A stretch of DNA of 64,000 bases. Source: the human T2T-CHM13v2.0 reference genome, Homo sapiens. A program made the position numbers and the translations under genes. The notes below the pieces were generated by a model. The model was not told where the DNA came from and made no database searches. It was given only the letters and a program-made list of their open reading frames with translations. This document shows positions 1 to 16,936 of this stretch, piece after piece. The stretch's first letter is position 1, and every line of letters starts with the position of its first letter. The DNA is taken from NCBI RefSeq assembly GCF_009914755.1, contig NC_060931.1; one strand, given 5' to 3'.

Positions 1-500
1 TCAATTTTTTTGTAGAGACAGGGGTCTTGCTATGTTGCCCAGGCTGGTCTTGAACTCCTGGACTCAAGCAATCCTCCTGCTTCGGCCAACCAAAGTGCTA
101 GGATTACAGGAGTAAGCCTCCATGCCCCGCCCAAAATTTTAGATGTAAACTTGCCAGGAATGCTAATTGCATGTGGATATGTCATTGCAGCTGTAAGCTC
201 CAGTGAAATCTCTGGCAAGAAAGTACCCTGACAGATGTGGAGATCAAGGACAGACCAGCAGTTACATTCAGGTGGCAGAAGGAGAAAATGAAGGTGAACC
301 AAAGAGATAGAAAATAAACCAGGAGGCCAGGCTCACGCCTGCAATCCCAGCACTTTGGGTGGCTAAGACAGGCAGATAACGAGGTCAGGAGTTCCAGACC
401 AGCCTGGCCAACATGGTGAAACCCTGTCTCTACTAAAGATACAAAAAAAGATAAGAAAAAATTAGCCAGGTGTGGTGGCGCACGCCTGTAATCCCAGCTA

Positions 501-653
<153 letters not shown>

Positions 654-1605
654 TCAAAGAGAACCTCCAAGTTCAGGGCAGAGAATTTGATCAGGACTGC
701 AGAGGGGAGAGACGGGTCCTGGGCAAAGGCTGCCAGGCTTCACAATCATGAGGGAGAAGACACCCTGGAGGCGTGGGGAAAAGGTTTCGCTGCAGTAGGG
801 GACATGGTGACTGTGTGCAGGGCTCTGTCCACTCCTCAGGATGGGGAAGGGAAGAGGGGACAGGAGGGGAATGGAAGAGGGGAGGGGATGGGAAGGAAAA
901 AAGGGAGATGCTTCCATCTTTGGATTATAGCCAATTATCTCTAGGGTTTATTGTCTGTTTGCTAAATAGAAGAGAAGGTCCATGACAGCCTGGGCAACAT
1001 AATAAGATCCTGTCTTTAAAAAAAAAAAATTAGCATGTTGGCACAAGTCTGCAGTCCCAGCTACTCAGGAGGCTGAGATAGGAGGGTTGATTGAACCCAG
1101 GAGTTCAAGCCATGATTGTGCCACTGCACCCCTGCCCGGGTGACAGAGCAAGACCCTGTCCCTAAAAATTTACAACATAAAGCTCCAAAAATAAAGATAA
1201 AAATGAAAAAAATATATAAAAACAACACATAAAAACAGAAAAAATAATTAAAAACAACAAAAAAAGAAAGCTCCACAACGGCAGGGACAATGAACTCAGG
1301 CTGTTGTATTCTGTTGTATCCCCAGGGTCTGGAACAATACCTGGCATATCAAGGAATTAAATCAATATTTGGCCAGGCTTAGGCGGCTCACATGTGTAAT
1401 CCCAGCGCTTTGGGAGGCTAAGGCAGGAGGATGGCTTGAGTCCAGGAGTTCAAGAGCAGCCTGGGCAACACAGTGCAACCCCATTTCTATAAAAAATACA
1501 AAAATTAGCCAGGCCTGGTGGCATTCCCCATTGTAGTCTCAGCTACTCTGGAGGCTGAGCGGCGTAGGATTGCTCGAGCCCAGGAGATATATATATATTT
1601 TTTAG

Positions 1606-1896
<291 letters not shown>

Positions 1897-2191
1897 TAAG
1901 GCCGCAGTGAGCTATGATTGTGCCACTGCACTCCAGCCTGGATGACAGAGTGAGACCCGGTCTCAAAAATTAAATCAGTATTTGTCTAATGGAGTTGTTG
2001 ACCATTCTTGGGGGATGGGAGGACACCTGAGAAAATGTGTGAGGGTGAGAGGTGTGGAAGACCACCACGGTGGGCACATAGAAAACAGTCCTGCTTCTGC
2101 TGCCCGCTGGATTGAGGGTGAAACTTCCCACTCTTCCCCACCCCACTGCAAGGTAGCCAGCCTGCCCCAGATCCTGACGCTGCCCATGTAC

Positions 2192-2253
2192 CTTCTTCAC
2201 TCGAAGGGCAGTGATCACATGGCTTTCGTCATACTCCCATTTGGAACGGACAT
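2192..2253 (-). CDS. STYXL1: STYXL1 (MK-STYX pseudophosphatase) coding exon 3, part of the N-terminal rhodanese/CH2-like domain: (D)[20 protein letters not shown]
   Basis: Minus-strand tttccAG acceptor at 2255-2254 and GTacat donor at 2191-2190. The 62 nt exon joins exon 2 in phase (G+AT=Asp). Peptide recognised as STYXL1. Confidence 0.93.
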
Positions 2254-2718
2254 CTGGAAAGGAAACGTATTTAAGAACTGAATTTGCAAAGGAACATACG
2301 ACCAAACTACTCAGAGGACCTACGTCGTCATCAACGTCTATTTGTTTGGCAGTTAAGGGATAGTCATTGTCAGTTTAAAACTTGAGATGTGGGGCTGGGC
2401 GCGGTGGCATGCACCTGTAACCCCAGCATTTTGGAAGGCCGAGGCAGGTGGATCACTTGAGCCAGGAGTTCAAGACCAGCCTGGCCAACACGGCGAAATC
2501 CCATCTCTACTAAAAATACAAAAATTAGCCGGGCGTGGTGGCAGCGCCTGTAGTCCCAGCTACTCACGAGGCTGAAGGAGAATCACTTAAATCTGGAGGC
2601 TGAGGTTGCAGCAAGCCAAGATCACACCATTGCACTCCAGCCTGGGCAACAGAACAAGATTCTGTCTCATAAATAAATAAAAATGGTAAGGGGAAGGAAG
2701 AAATCAAATTTGAAGTGA

Positions 2719-3860
<1,142 letters not shown>

Positions 3861-3970
3861 TTCTAAAGTCATTCACTGCCCCCCACCCCGCCAAAAGTTT
3901 GTTAACTCATCAAAAATAATGTTTGAAGGACACTGTGTTTGACCTCCTCCGCTTTTTTCCAAGTACTTAC

Positions 3971-4073
3971 CCAATAAACAGAGATAGTTGGGGTCTGTTA
4001 ATCTGGAGAGTTTTGTGGCCTGATTCAGGATGTTGTAAAGCTCTGTCGGTTCACATAAAAGCAAACCAGGCAT
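3971..4073 (-). CDS. STYXL1: STYXL1 first coding exon: [34 protein letters not shown]
   Basis: ATG at 4073-4071, GTAAGT donor at 3970-3965, CAGCAG acceptor at 4080-4075. 103 nt, ending in phase 1. N-terminus recognised as STYXL1. Confidence 0.93.
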
Positions 4074-4509
4074 CCTGCTGGGAAGAATCAATAACACACA
4101 AGGGTAACATAACTCTATTTTAGATGAATGACCACAAAGTAATATAATGAATTAAACTCTTTTTTAACATACCTTCAAGCAAAGATGACAGTAATCATGT
4201 AAATGATCAGGAATGCTTCAAAACTGTATAGTGAAATATAGTGCGCAGAGGAGAATAAAATCTTAAATACAACATATCTAGCCAGGCGTGGTGGCTCACG
4301 CCTGTAATCCCAGGACTTTGGGAGGCCGAGGCGGGTGGATCACTTGAGGCCAGGAGTTCAAGACCAGCCCGGCCAACAATGGCAAGACCCCATCTCTACT
4401 AAAAAAAAAAAAAAAAAAAAAAAAAATTGGCCAAGAGTGGTGGCTCACACCTGTAATCCCAGCACTTTAGGAGGCCGAGGCAGGTGGATCACCTAAGGTC
4501 AGGAGTTCA

Positions 4510-4954
<445 letters not shown>

Positions 4955-4968
4955 TCAGGAGGGCTTCA

Positions 4969-5241
<273 letters not shown>

Positions 5242-5903
5242 CTACAGAATAAGACTCCATCTCAAAAAAAAAAAAAAATGTGTAGTGAAATGTGGGCAGA
5301 GAATAAAATCTTGAATACAACGTTATCTGAGCCATATACATACCACATGGGCTGTAAAACAGCTGCCAGTTCATTTGCTTATTTAGCAAATAATTACTGA
5401 GCACCTACTATGTCCCAGGCACTGGAAATAACTGTGGTAAACAAAACCTGCCTTCATGAAGGTTATAGTCTAGCATGGAATGCAGACACTTGCAGAAAGA
5501 ATTGCAAGATGCAAGAGCACTATAAAAGATCTCAGGGCCATGCATAGTGACTCATGCCTGCAATCTCAGCACTTGGGGAGGCCTAGGCAGGAGGATCACT
5601 TGATCCCAGGAATTCAAGACCAGCCTGGACCACATAGCAAGACCCTGTAATACAAATTAGCTGGGCATGGTGGTATACACCTATAGTCCCAGCTATTCAG
5701 GAGGCCAAGGTAGGGGGGATTGCTTGAGGCTGGGGGTTCAAGACCAGCCTGGACAACATAGTGAGACCCCATCTCTAAAAAAAAAAAAAAATTCTTAAAC
5801 TAGCCAGGTGTGGTGGCACATGCCTGTGGCCCCAGCAACTCAGGAGGCTGAGGTGGGAGAATCACTTGAGGCTGGGAGGTGGGGCTGCAGTAAGCCGTGA
5901 TCA

Positions 5904-6248
<345 letters not shown>

Positions 6249-6863
6249 TCAAAAAAACAAACAAACAAACAAAAACAAGTAGGATCCACTGTGACAGGAG
6301 TACCTAACAGGAGGTTCTCACCTAGTTGGGGGAATGGGAAAAGGGTTGTCTGAGGATGTGACTGCTAAACTGAGACAGAAGGTTGGGCAAGAGGAAGAGG
6401 GAGGGGGAGAGAGGACGAAACAAAGGATAAGAACATTCTGCTTGGAGCAGGGGCAAGTGCAGTACCTAAGAGAGTTCAAAGGAGCCTGGTGTGGCTCCTT
6501 TGATGACACTGCAGAGGCCAACACAGATGGCCTCTACGTTAAGGATCCCGACAGTCATTGTTGGGTGGAGAATCACTGATGTGTCCAGAGCTAGGCTCGG
6601 GCTCCAGTTGGCAGAGCTGCTCTTGGGACACTGGCTCCTGGGCCCAATTGTTTCTGGAAGGGTCAGGCCTGTGCAGGAGCTTCCTGTAGGAAGGCTTTTA
6701 TTTTATTTATTTTTGAGACAGGGTCTTTTTCTGTCATCCAGGCTTGAGTACGGTGGTGTGATCATGGCTGACTGCGGCCACAAACTCCCAGGCTCAAGCA
6801 ATCCTCTGGCCTCAGCCTCCTGAGTAGCTGGGACTACAAGCGTATGCCATCATGCCCGGCTAA

Positions 6864-7007
<144 letters not shown>

Positions 7008-8162
7008 TAGCAAGAGGGCTAGAAGGAGAGCAGAGTGGAGCCTCTGGAGGCCAGTGGGGGATGGCGAAGGGGAGAAGTTGAGTCCAGGGGTAATCTTGCT
7101 CTAAACGGTTAGGCTCCACTTCAGAGTTACCAGACGATGCTCCTGGGAAATGCCAGCACCTCAACTTAAACCTCAGATCCTTCTCACCTCCTCAAAGACT
7201 TCAGTTCTCAGCACCCCCTCCACAGCATCATCAGTTTCAGCCTCCACATGGGTCCTTCCTGTTGACATGCAAACATCCTCTTGTACCTATCTGTTCTTCT
7301 TTCCAGCAGAAGCGTGGAAAGAGAAACACCATCTCTCAAAAGCGTGGTGTTTCATTTACCGCCTCCACTTCTTCACCTCCAATTATGCTGTCCCTGGAGT
7401 CAAACTCTTTTAGGTCTGAATCCTGGCTCTGCGATTTACTATCAGCTGCCTGGCCCTAAGGAGTGGTTAGCTTCTCTGTGCCTCAGTCCCCACCTCTGTA
7501 AAATGGGGGTGAGAATAATATTGCCACTTCTATATAATGAGGGTGACAGTACCTGCCTGGTGTATGTGGATTCATGAAGTCACATTTGTCAGGCATTCTA
7601 AGCAGGGAGGAAATACTCAGTGAGTACTGGCCATGGGCATAACCTACTTCTTTGGAGCTGCTGCCTTTTTTTGAGACAAGGTCTTGCTCTGTTGCCCATG
7701 TTGGAGTGCAGTGGCACTATCATAGCTTGCTGCAGCCTCAACCTCCTGGGCTCAAGTGATCCTCCTACCTCAGACTCCTACGTAATTGGAACTACAGGCA
7801 CATGCCACCATGGCCGGCTAATTTTTTTTTAAGAGATGGGGTCTCACTATGTTGCCCAGGCTGGTTCCCCTGGAGCTTCCAACCCTACCAAACCACAAAG
7901 ACTGCTCTGTATCAAAGTCATCAACAATGTCCATCTTGCCTAAGCCATTGGTCACTTCCCTCTGGGCTCAAACGCCTCAGCCTCTTAGGAGCATGTAACA
8001 CGGCTGAGCATTGTTTCTTCCCCAGACACTCTCCCCTCCCAAGAAAAAGCACTCTCCAAGCTTCCCTTCTTCCTTGCAGACTGTTCCTCTCCAGCTCTGC
8101 ATGGAAGAATGCCCCCGGGCTTACTTTCCTTTTTTTCTGCTTTATCTACACTCACTCTAGGG

Positions 8163-8390
8163 TAGGGGGTTTCTCAACCTTGACACCACTGACGTCCGGG
8201 GCCAGGTAACTCTATGTGTGGGGAGCTGGCCTGTGCACTGCTATGTTGAGTGGCATCCCTGGCCTCTGCCTAGTGGATGCCGGAAGCAAACTGTACCTCT
8301 TCCCATCACCAGTAACAGAAAGTATCTCCAGACATCACTAAGGGTCCCCTGGAAGAAGGGGGCAAGATCACCCGTAGCTGAGGACCAACA
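8163..8390 (-). mobile_element. MER20 hAT-Charlie MITE
   Basis: Resembles the reverse complement of the MER20 consensus along its length. Imperfect 8-bp TSD ctctaggg/ctctaaga. Confidence 0.8.
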
Positions 8391-9602
8391 CTCTAAGACC
8401 TAGAGTCACAGTGATTCATCCAGTTCCCTGAATACCACACACATACCAATGATTCCCAAATTTTATCCCACCTTGACCTGTCTACTGAGCTGCAGACTCT
8501 AGAAGGGTGCCTGGTAGACATCGTAAATACAGCATGGCCGAAATACAACTTCAATGCTCTCGTGCCCACACCTCCAGTACCTGCTCCTCATTTAGCCTTC
8601 TCAGTCTCAATCAACAGCACCATGATCCACCCAGTTGCTTGGGCCCGATGACCTCATTCCCCTTTCCCTCACATCCAGTCTCTGAGCTCTGCCTCCTTCA
8701 TGTATTCCAAGTCCATCCACTTCTCTCCATCTCCAGGGGTACCATCTTGGTCCAGGACACTACAATCTCTCTCCTGATGAGGCAGTAGTGCCCAACTGGA
8801 TTTCTTGCTTCCTCCTTCCTCCCTCCAGTTTCATCTTCACATAATAGTCCGGGAAATCTTTAAAATCTGAGTAGGGCCTTGTCTTCACCTCACTATCACC
8901 TGAAGTTATTGTGCTTATTTGCTTGTTTATTGTCTCCTGGTTTCTGAGGGAAGGTCTTGCCTGTCTTGTCCACTGCTAGGTCCTCACCCAATACCCCAGA
9001 TTTACATGCTGCAAAGTAATAGTCAATGAACACATGTGGAATGAATACATTATTGTCAGTTACCATTATGGCCTTTCCCAACACCGCCATCTGGACCTGC
9101 CATCATACTTTTTCCACGTGTGGATTCCTCTTAAGGATCTCCTCACTCCCACCCGCCAAGTCAGGTTCCACATCCTCTGCCTCTGAAAGCCAGGCCACTT
9201 TGGCAGTGGTAAGTATAGAGGAGAGAAGTGGGCTTTGTGTCTAGTCCTACAACCTCATTAAGCAAAACTAAAAGCTGGCTCCTAACCCATCTGGTCTATG
9301 GCTCATACCCATCCTCAGCTACTACCTACTTTCCCCCATTGCTAACTCTATCTCCTTACTCACTAGCCAAAGAATCATCTCTGGTCCTATAGATAAAAAC
9401 CCAGCCCCAAGGATCTCCTTCTGCAGATCCTTCTCCTTCTCAAAGCACTCTACCTGGTCAAGCAGGAACTGCCCCTCATCCACTGGTAAAGTGCTGGAAG
9501 GATGAGATCGGTCCCTGAACCTAACAGCATGATTCCAAGAGAAGATGCATCCCTGTGAACTGAAATTAGGGCACCTCTAGCCTTGGGTAAGTTGAGGACT
9601 GA

Positions 9603-9776
<174 letters not shown>

Positions 9777-9779
9777 TGA

Positions 9780-9986
<207 letters not shown>

Positions 9987-10258
9987 TGAGCCCTCAAGGA
10001 TATTCTGATGTATCGTGCATTTACATAAAAATATTAAAGTAATATAGATGAGTTTTTGCCAAAAGTATTTTCCTTTGTGAATCCATTAAGCCACTTTAAT
10101 TCCTTGATTTTCTGTATGTCACAATTAGCCAGTTTCAATTTTTTTCACTTTCAATTTTGATTAAATTTATTTATCCCAAGATAAAGTCTTTTCCATGTGA
10201 ATTTTTTTTTTTTTTTTGAGCCACCTCGCCAGGCTACCAAGTCTCATTTTCCTGGTGA

Positions 10259-10518
<260 letters not shown>

Positions 10519-11974
10519 TAGTAGAGATGGGTTTTCACCGTGTTAGCCAGGATGGTCTCAATCTCCTGACCTCGTGATCCGCCCGCCTCGGCCTACCAAA
10601 GTGCTAGGATTACAGGCGTGAGCCACCGCACCCGGCCAGCTCTTCTTAAGAGACCCTTGGTGGGGTGTGGTAGCTCACACCTGTAATCTCTGCATTTTGG
10701 GTGTCCAAGGCAGAAGGAACTCCCGACCTCAGGTGATCTGTCCGCCTCGGCCTCCCAAAGTGCTGGGATTACAGGCATAAGCCACCATGCCCAGCCCAAA
10801 GACACTTACTGTCAAGACAGCAGGGTGCTAGCACAGGCTTTGTCCCTGCACACAGTACACCCACCAGGGGGAAGGTCTGTCACCTTCCATATGACCACCT
10901 AGTCTGGCCTTCAAACCAGGGGTTCGTGGGTGGCTCTCTCCCCAAGTCAGCCCAGCATGGTCCAGAAGCTGTTGGGCTGGGAAGCTCCCCTCTAGTGACA
11001 GCACGTGTCTATATTTGGGGAAAACAGCCAACTGGGAAGGGATGTTTCATTAGAGGTTGCCAGAGCCTGTGACTAAGCAGGGACCCAGCCAGATCCAGCT
11101 CATCTCCCTGCCTCCCTGTGTCTGCTCAACACCCAGGGGACTTCCATCCTGACTGACGGTGGAGGTGTCAGAGGCTGGGCCTGACCACAGGCTTCTTGTA
11201 GGAGTTCGAGGATACTGCAGGCTTGACCCAGCGCTCAACTGCCAAGCCACCCTAACCCCCCAGACAGTCCAGGTGGACACAATTGATGGGCATTTGCTTC
11301 TGGTGAAGAGACAACACTTGATGATCCTGGAGAAGCCAGACCATGAGCTTCACTTTGAGACTCTGGCTCAAGCTGACCAGCCCAGGTAAGGGTCAGGGTC
11401 CACAGCCAATCCCCACCGCTGTTCTGGTTCGCGGTGGGAAGCTCAGGCTGTGCCAGCATGACCAAGGCTTAAACATAGTGACAGGCATCAATGCCCTCAC
11501 CTGTAAGCTGAGATAATACACACTGGCAAAGCTATAGGATCATTCAAGAGCTAAATGATATAAATTGCCTAGCAGTGGGCCTGACACATGGCAGTAGCTT
11601 AGGAAATTCCTTTACTCCTACCCTCTCAGTTTCTTTTCCTGAAACAGGGGCTCACTCTGTTGCCCAGGCTGGCGTGCAGTGGCACAATCATGGCTCACTG
11701 CAGCCTCAAGCGATCCTCCCACCTCAGCCTCCTGAGTAGCTGAGGCTACAGGTGCATGCCACCACACCTAGCTAAGTTTTTATTTTTTTGTAGAGACAGG
11801 GTCTCGCTTCCGGAAGAGAACAATGGGGAAGAACAGAGAGGTCTGAAGGAATGTGGGGGTGTTTGGTTCTGTGGGATGACATGAGCCTCTCCTCTGTCGT
11901 CCCAGAAAAACCTCCCTACTCGTTATGTGACTTCGAGGCTGTCAGGACCTGCTTTATGTTTGGGAATTGAATGA

Positions 11975-12274
<300 letters not shown>

Positions 12275-12363
12275 TTGAATGACATTCTTGAGAATGGCCT
12301 CAAGGCGAGCTAACTAACTCTTGTCATATTTGGGTTACATTTTGTTTTGCTGTTTTCTCTTAG

Positions 12364-12504
<141 letters not shown>

Positions 12505-13192
12505 TAATTTTTTTTTTTTTTTTTTGAGACGGAATCTTGCCCTGTTGCCTAGGCTGTACTGCAGTGGTGCGATCTCGGCTCACCACAACCTCCGCCTCCC
12601 AGGTTCAAGCGATTCTCCTACCAAGTAGCTGGGACTACAGGCATGTGCCACCATTCCCAGCTAACTTTTGTATTTTTAGTAGAAACGGGGTTTCACCATG
12701 TTGGCCAGGCTGGTCTCGAACTCCTGACCTCGTGATCCACCCGCCTTGGCATCCCGAAGTGCTGGGATTACAGGCGTGAGTCACCGCACCCGGCCAACTA
12801 ATTTTTTTTAGTTTCTGTAGAGTCAGGGTTCCACTATGTTTTCCAGGCTGGTTTCGAACTCCTGGGCTCAAGTGATCTTCCCGCCTCAGCCTCCCAAAGT
12901 GGTGGGATTACAGGCGTGAGCCACTGCGCCCAGCCAAGGGTCAGGATCTTAAGGGATTTGGTACAGTCTTTCCTCAATCCCAGCTTGACACATTCTCTGT
13001 GGCCTGAACCTTGACAAAGCTGGGTAATACAGTCCCAGGTCACAACACCCCCAGAGCTGTGGAGGCTGCAGAAGTGGGCCTGAAATCTGTCTCTTAACTC
13101 AGAGGGACACCAGGTCCCACTGGCACAGAAGAAAGAAAGAGGGAAGAGGAGGAGGAGACCAGGGCCATCATAACCTCCTAACTTTGCCTTGA

Positions 13193-13388
<196 letters not shown>

Positions 13389-14107
13389 TAGAGACGGGGT
13401 TTCACCACGTTGGCCAGCTTAGTCTCAAACTCCCGACCTCAGGTGATCCACCTGCCTCAACTTCCCAAAGTGCTGGGATAACAGGCATTAGCCACGGCGC
13501 CTGGCCTCCATCGCTAGTACCTCTATATTTTAGGGAGAGCAGGTATGGATCAGAGGCCTAGATCCAGCCGTCCACATCCCTGCTCCTTGCCTTAGATCTT
13601 GCTATCAATTCCATGTCCCCAAACCTAAGCCTGCTAGACCCCTGAGAGGTGCCCTAGTGGTCCTGTAAGGGTAACAGGTCTGCTCATACGGCAACTAGGC
13701 TGTCAGGAGGCGGTGGTGGGGTCTGGAAACTACAGCACAGTCTCCAAAGACGGTGACCACCACCTTTGGCTCACTTCCTCCGACTCTGTCTCTGGGGCCT
13801 GCTTTTCCTCTGCTCCCTGATTGGGCTCAGGCCCCACCTTCCACTTCTCTGACATGAGTTAATGGCCCTGACCAGGCTGTGACCTGGCTTTGCTCTCCCT
13901 TCTCAGGCCTCAGGCTGGTCTGCCTGACAGAAGGCTTCACTGCAGACTCAGATCTGCCACAATCAGCGACTCTCAGCTCTTGGAAGCCCCTTGGTGGCTC
14001 TGCTGTGGCCAGTCCAACACCTCCCGGTTGTTCTGCTGGGACCTATCCTGGAAAGCCAACTCCTTTGACTTCCAGCAGGTAGGAGGCCCAAATAAAAGTT
14101 AAAGCTA

Positions 14108-14448
<341 letters not shown>

Positions 14449-14619
14449 CTAAATATGGTTCTGTTTTAAAAATACATGTCCCCAACTTCCAATATCCTAG
14501 AGCAGCTACAGAAAAATGAGGAAAACTCCCAGGCAAGGCAGGATGATAACCACCTTTCTAACCCTTTGTTTTAGCTCCAGGGATCCAAAAGGAGCGGTTT
14601 AAAATACTTCACTTGGCTA

Positions 14620-14793
<174 letters not shown>

Positions 14794-14936
14794 TTAGAGT
14801 TGAAGAGAAGGTAGGTTAGTATATAATGTGTGCACCTAATACCAAAATCTGATAGCACATGATTGTGATATAAGCCCACTGTAAGGTACAAAATGATCAG
14901 TACATGTGGGTGTGTAGGGGTGGGGTGAGGAGGGTG

Positions 14937-15321
14937 TGTTATGGTTTGAATATGGTTTGTCCCCAGCAAAACTCATGCTAAGGCTTGGTCCCCAATGTGG
15001 TAGTATTGGGAGGTGGTACCTTTAAGAGGTGATTTGGCTATTAAGATGGATGAATGTCTTCTCCAGGGAATGGACTAGTTCTTGAGAGCAGGTTGTTATA
15101 AAGCAAGGTTTCCTCTTGCATTTTCCCTTTTCCACGCCTAATTCCCTGTCTCCACCACTATGTTATGATGCAGATGCAGCCCTCACCAGAAGCCGACCAG
15201 ATGCAGCTACCCAATCTGGAACTTCCTAGACTCCAGAACAGTAAGCTAAATAAACTTCTTTGCTATATAAATTACCCAATCTCAAGCATTCTGTGACAGC
15301 AACAGAAAAGAGACTAAGACA
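14937..15321 (+). mobile_element. MST-family (ERVL-MaLR) solo LTR
   Basis: TG...CA termini, typical start TGTTATGGTTTGAATATGG and end GACTAAGACA, 5-bp TSD gggtg/ggctg. Confidence 0.8.
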
Positions 15322-15949
15322 GGCTGTCAATGTATTTGTATATTTTCCTATCCGATGACAAATAGGCAAAGCAACTTTACGATCATAGAAATCAGGAAAT
15401 AGCTGTCTTGGCAGATGAATGGAAAGGAGCATGAGAGAACTTTCTGGAATAATGGCAATGTTTTATAGTTTGTTTTGGGTGGTTGTTACAAGGGTGGAAT
15501 TTGTCAAAACCAAACTGAACACTTGAGACCTATATACTTCACTGTATGAAAACCGTAGATCAATAAATAATTCCCTTGTCGAGATTGATGTGTTTAAGTG
15601 TTCCAGGATGTGAATCTGCAGGTGCATGTGTGTGCATGTACGCATGTGTGTGAGTCTGTGTATATGTCTGTGACCTTGGTATGGGGTCTGGGCTGTAGAA
15701 AACTATGTGGACTTGGGCACACAGCAAGTACACATTACAGAACTTCAGCTTGGCCCTCATAGCCACTAGCTAATCCCACTCTTGTTTTTCCACATTTGAC
15801 CAGCATTTTCCCAGTGATCACAACTGTTATCCAAACCAAATCCTCTTTGGGAGCAACTTCTCTAATTTTCTATTCTTGCCTGGGAAAGTTAAGGCCACTG
15901 GCTGTGAGTCGCCCTCCTCCACCAACTGCTCCCTGGGTGCCCTTATGTG

Positions 15950-15950
<1 letters not shown>

Positions 15951-15996
<46 letters not shown>

Positions 15997-16275
15997 GGAG
16001 TCTCATTCTGTCACCCAGGCTGGAGTACAGCGGCGCGATCTCAGCTCACTGCAACCCTGCCTCCAGGGTTCAAGCAATTTTCCTGCCTCAGCCTTCCAAG
16101 TAGCTAGGTCTACAGGCACGCACTGCCACCTCTCCCGGCTAATTTTTTGTATTTTTAGTAGAGACGGGGTTTCACCATGTGGCGAGGCTGGTCTCAAACT
16201 CCTGACCTCAGGTGATCCATCTGCCTCGGCCTCCCAAAGTGCTGGGGTTACAGTCATGAGCCACTGCAGCCGGCC
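15951..16275 (-). mobile_element. AluS-type element with an uninterrupted T41 tail
   Basis: T run 15951-15991. TSD cttatgtgctttt on both sides. Confidence 0.85.
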
Positions 16276-16588
16276 CTTATGTGCTTTTCTCCACAGTCCA
16301 AGGGATAAGCACCCTCTGATCTCATACAATTTCACCTAATCTCTCTTGTTCTCCTTTCAGAATCTCAAAGCTCTCCCTATTAGCATCTTTCTGATTCCAA
16401 ACATTCACAAGTCTCTGCTTTCTTGGAACAATTAATGAAACCAGAAGCCAGCCCCTAGGGTAGCTTGGCCTGTGCCCTCTGAAGCTTGTGCAGGCACAGA
16501 GGCTGGTAATAGGCCTTGGGCTGGAAATCTGAGGCTGGCGTGAGGCTGGCGAGCTGTTGGCAAAGCAAGAAGAGGTAGCTGCATTTGA

Positions 16589-16936
<348 letters not shown>

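Noticed and set aside
191-293. Exon-like segment (cag|...|gtgaac) that could be a further 5' exon of the fossil gene
   Set aside because: After removing the adjacent Alu, the sequence continues as a purine-rich antisense L2-like relic, so the resemblance is probably coincidental.
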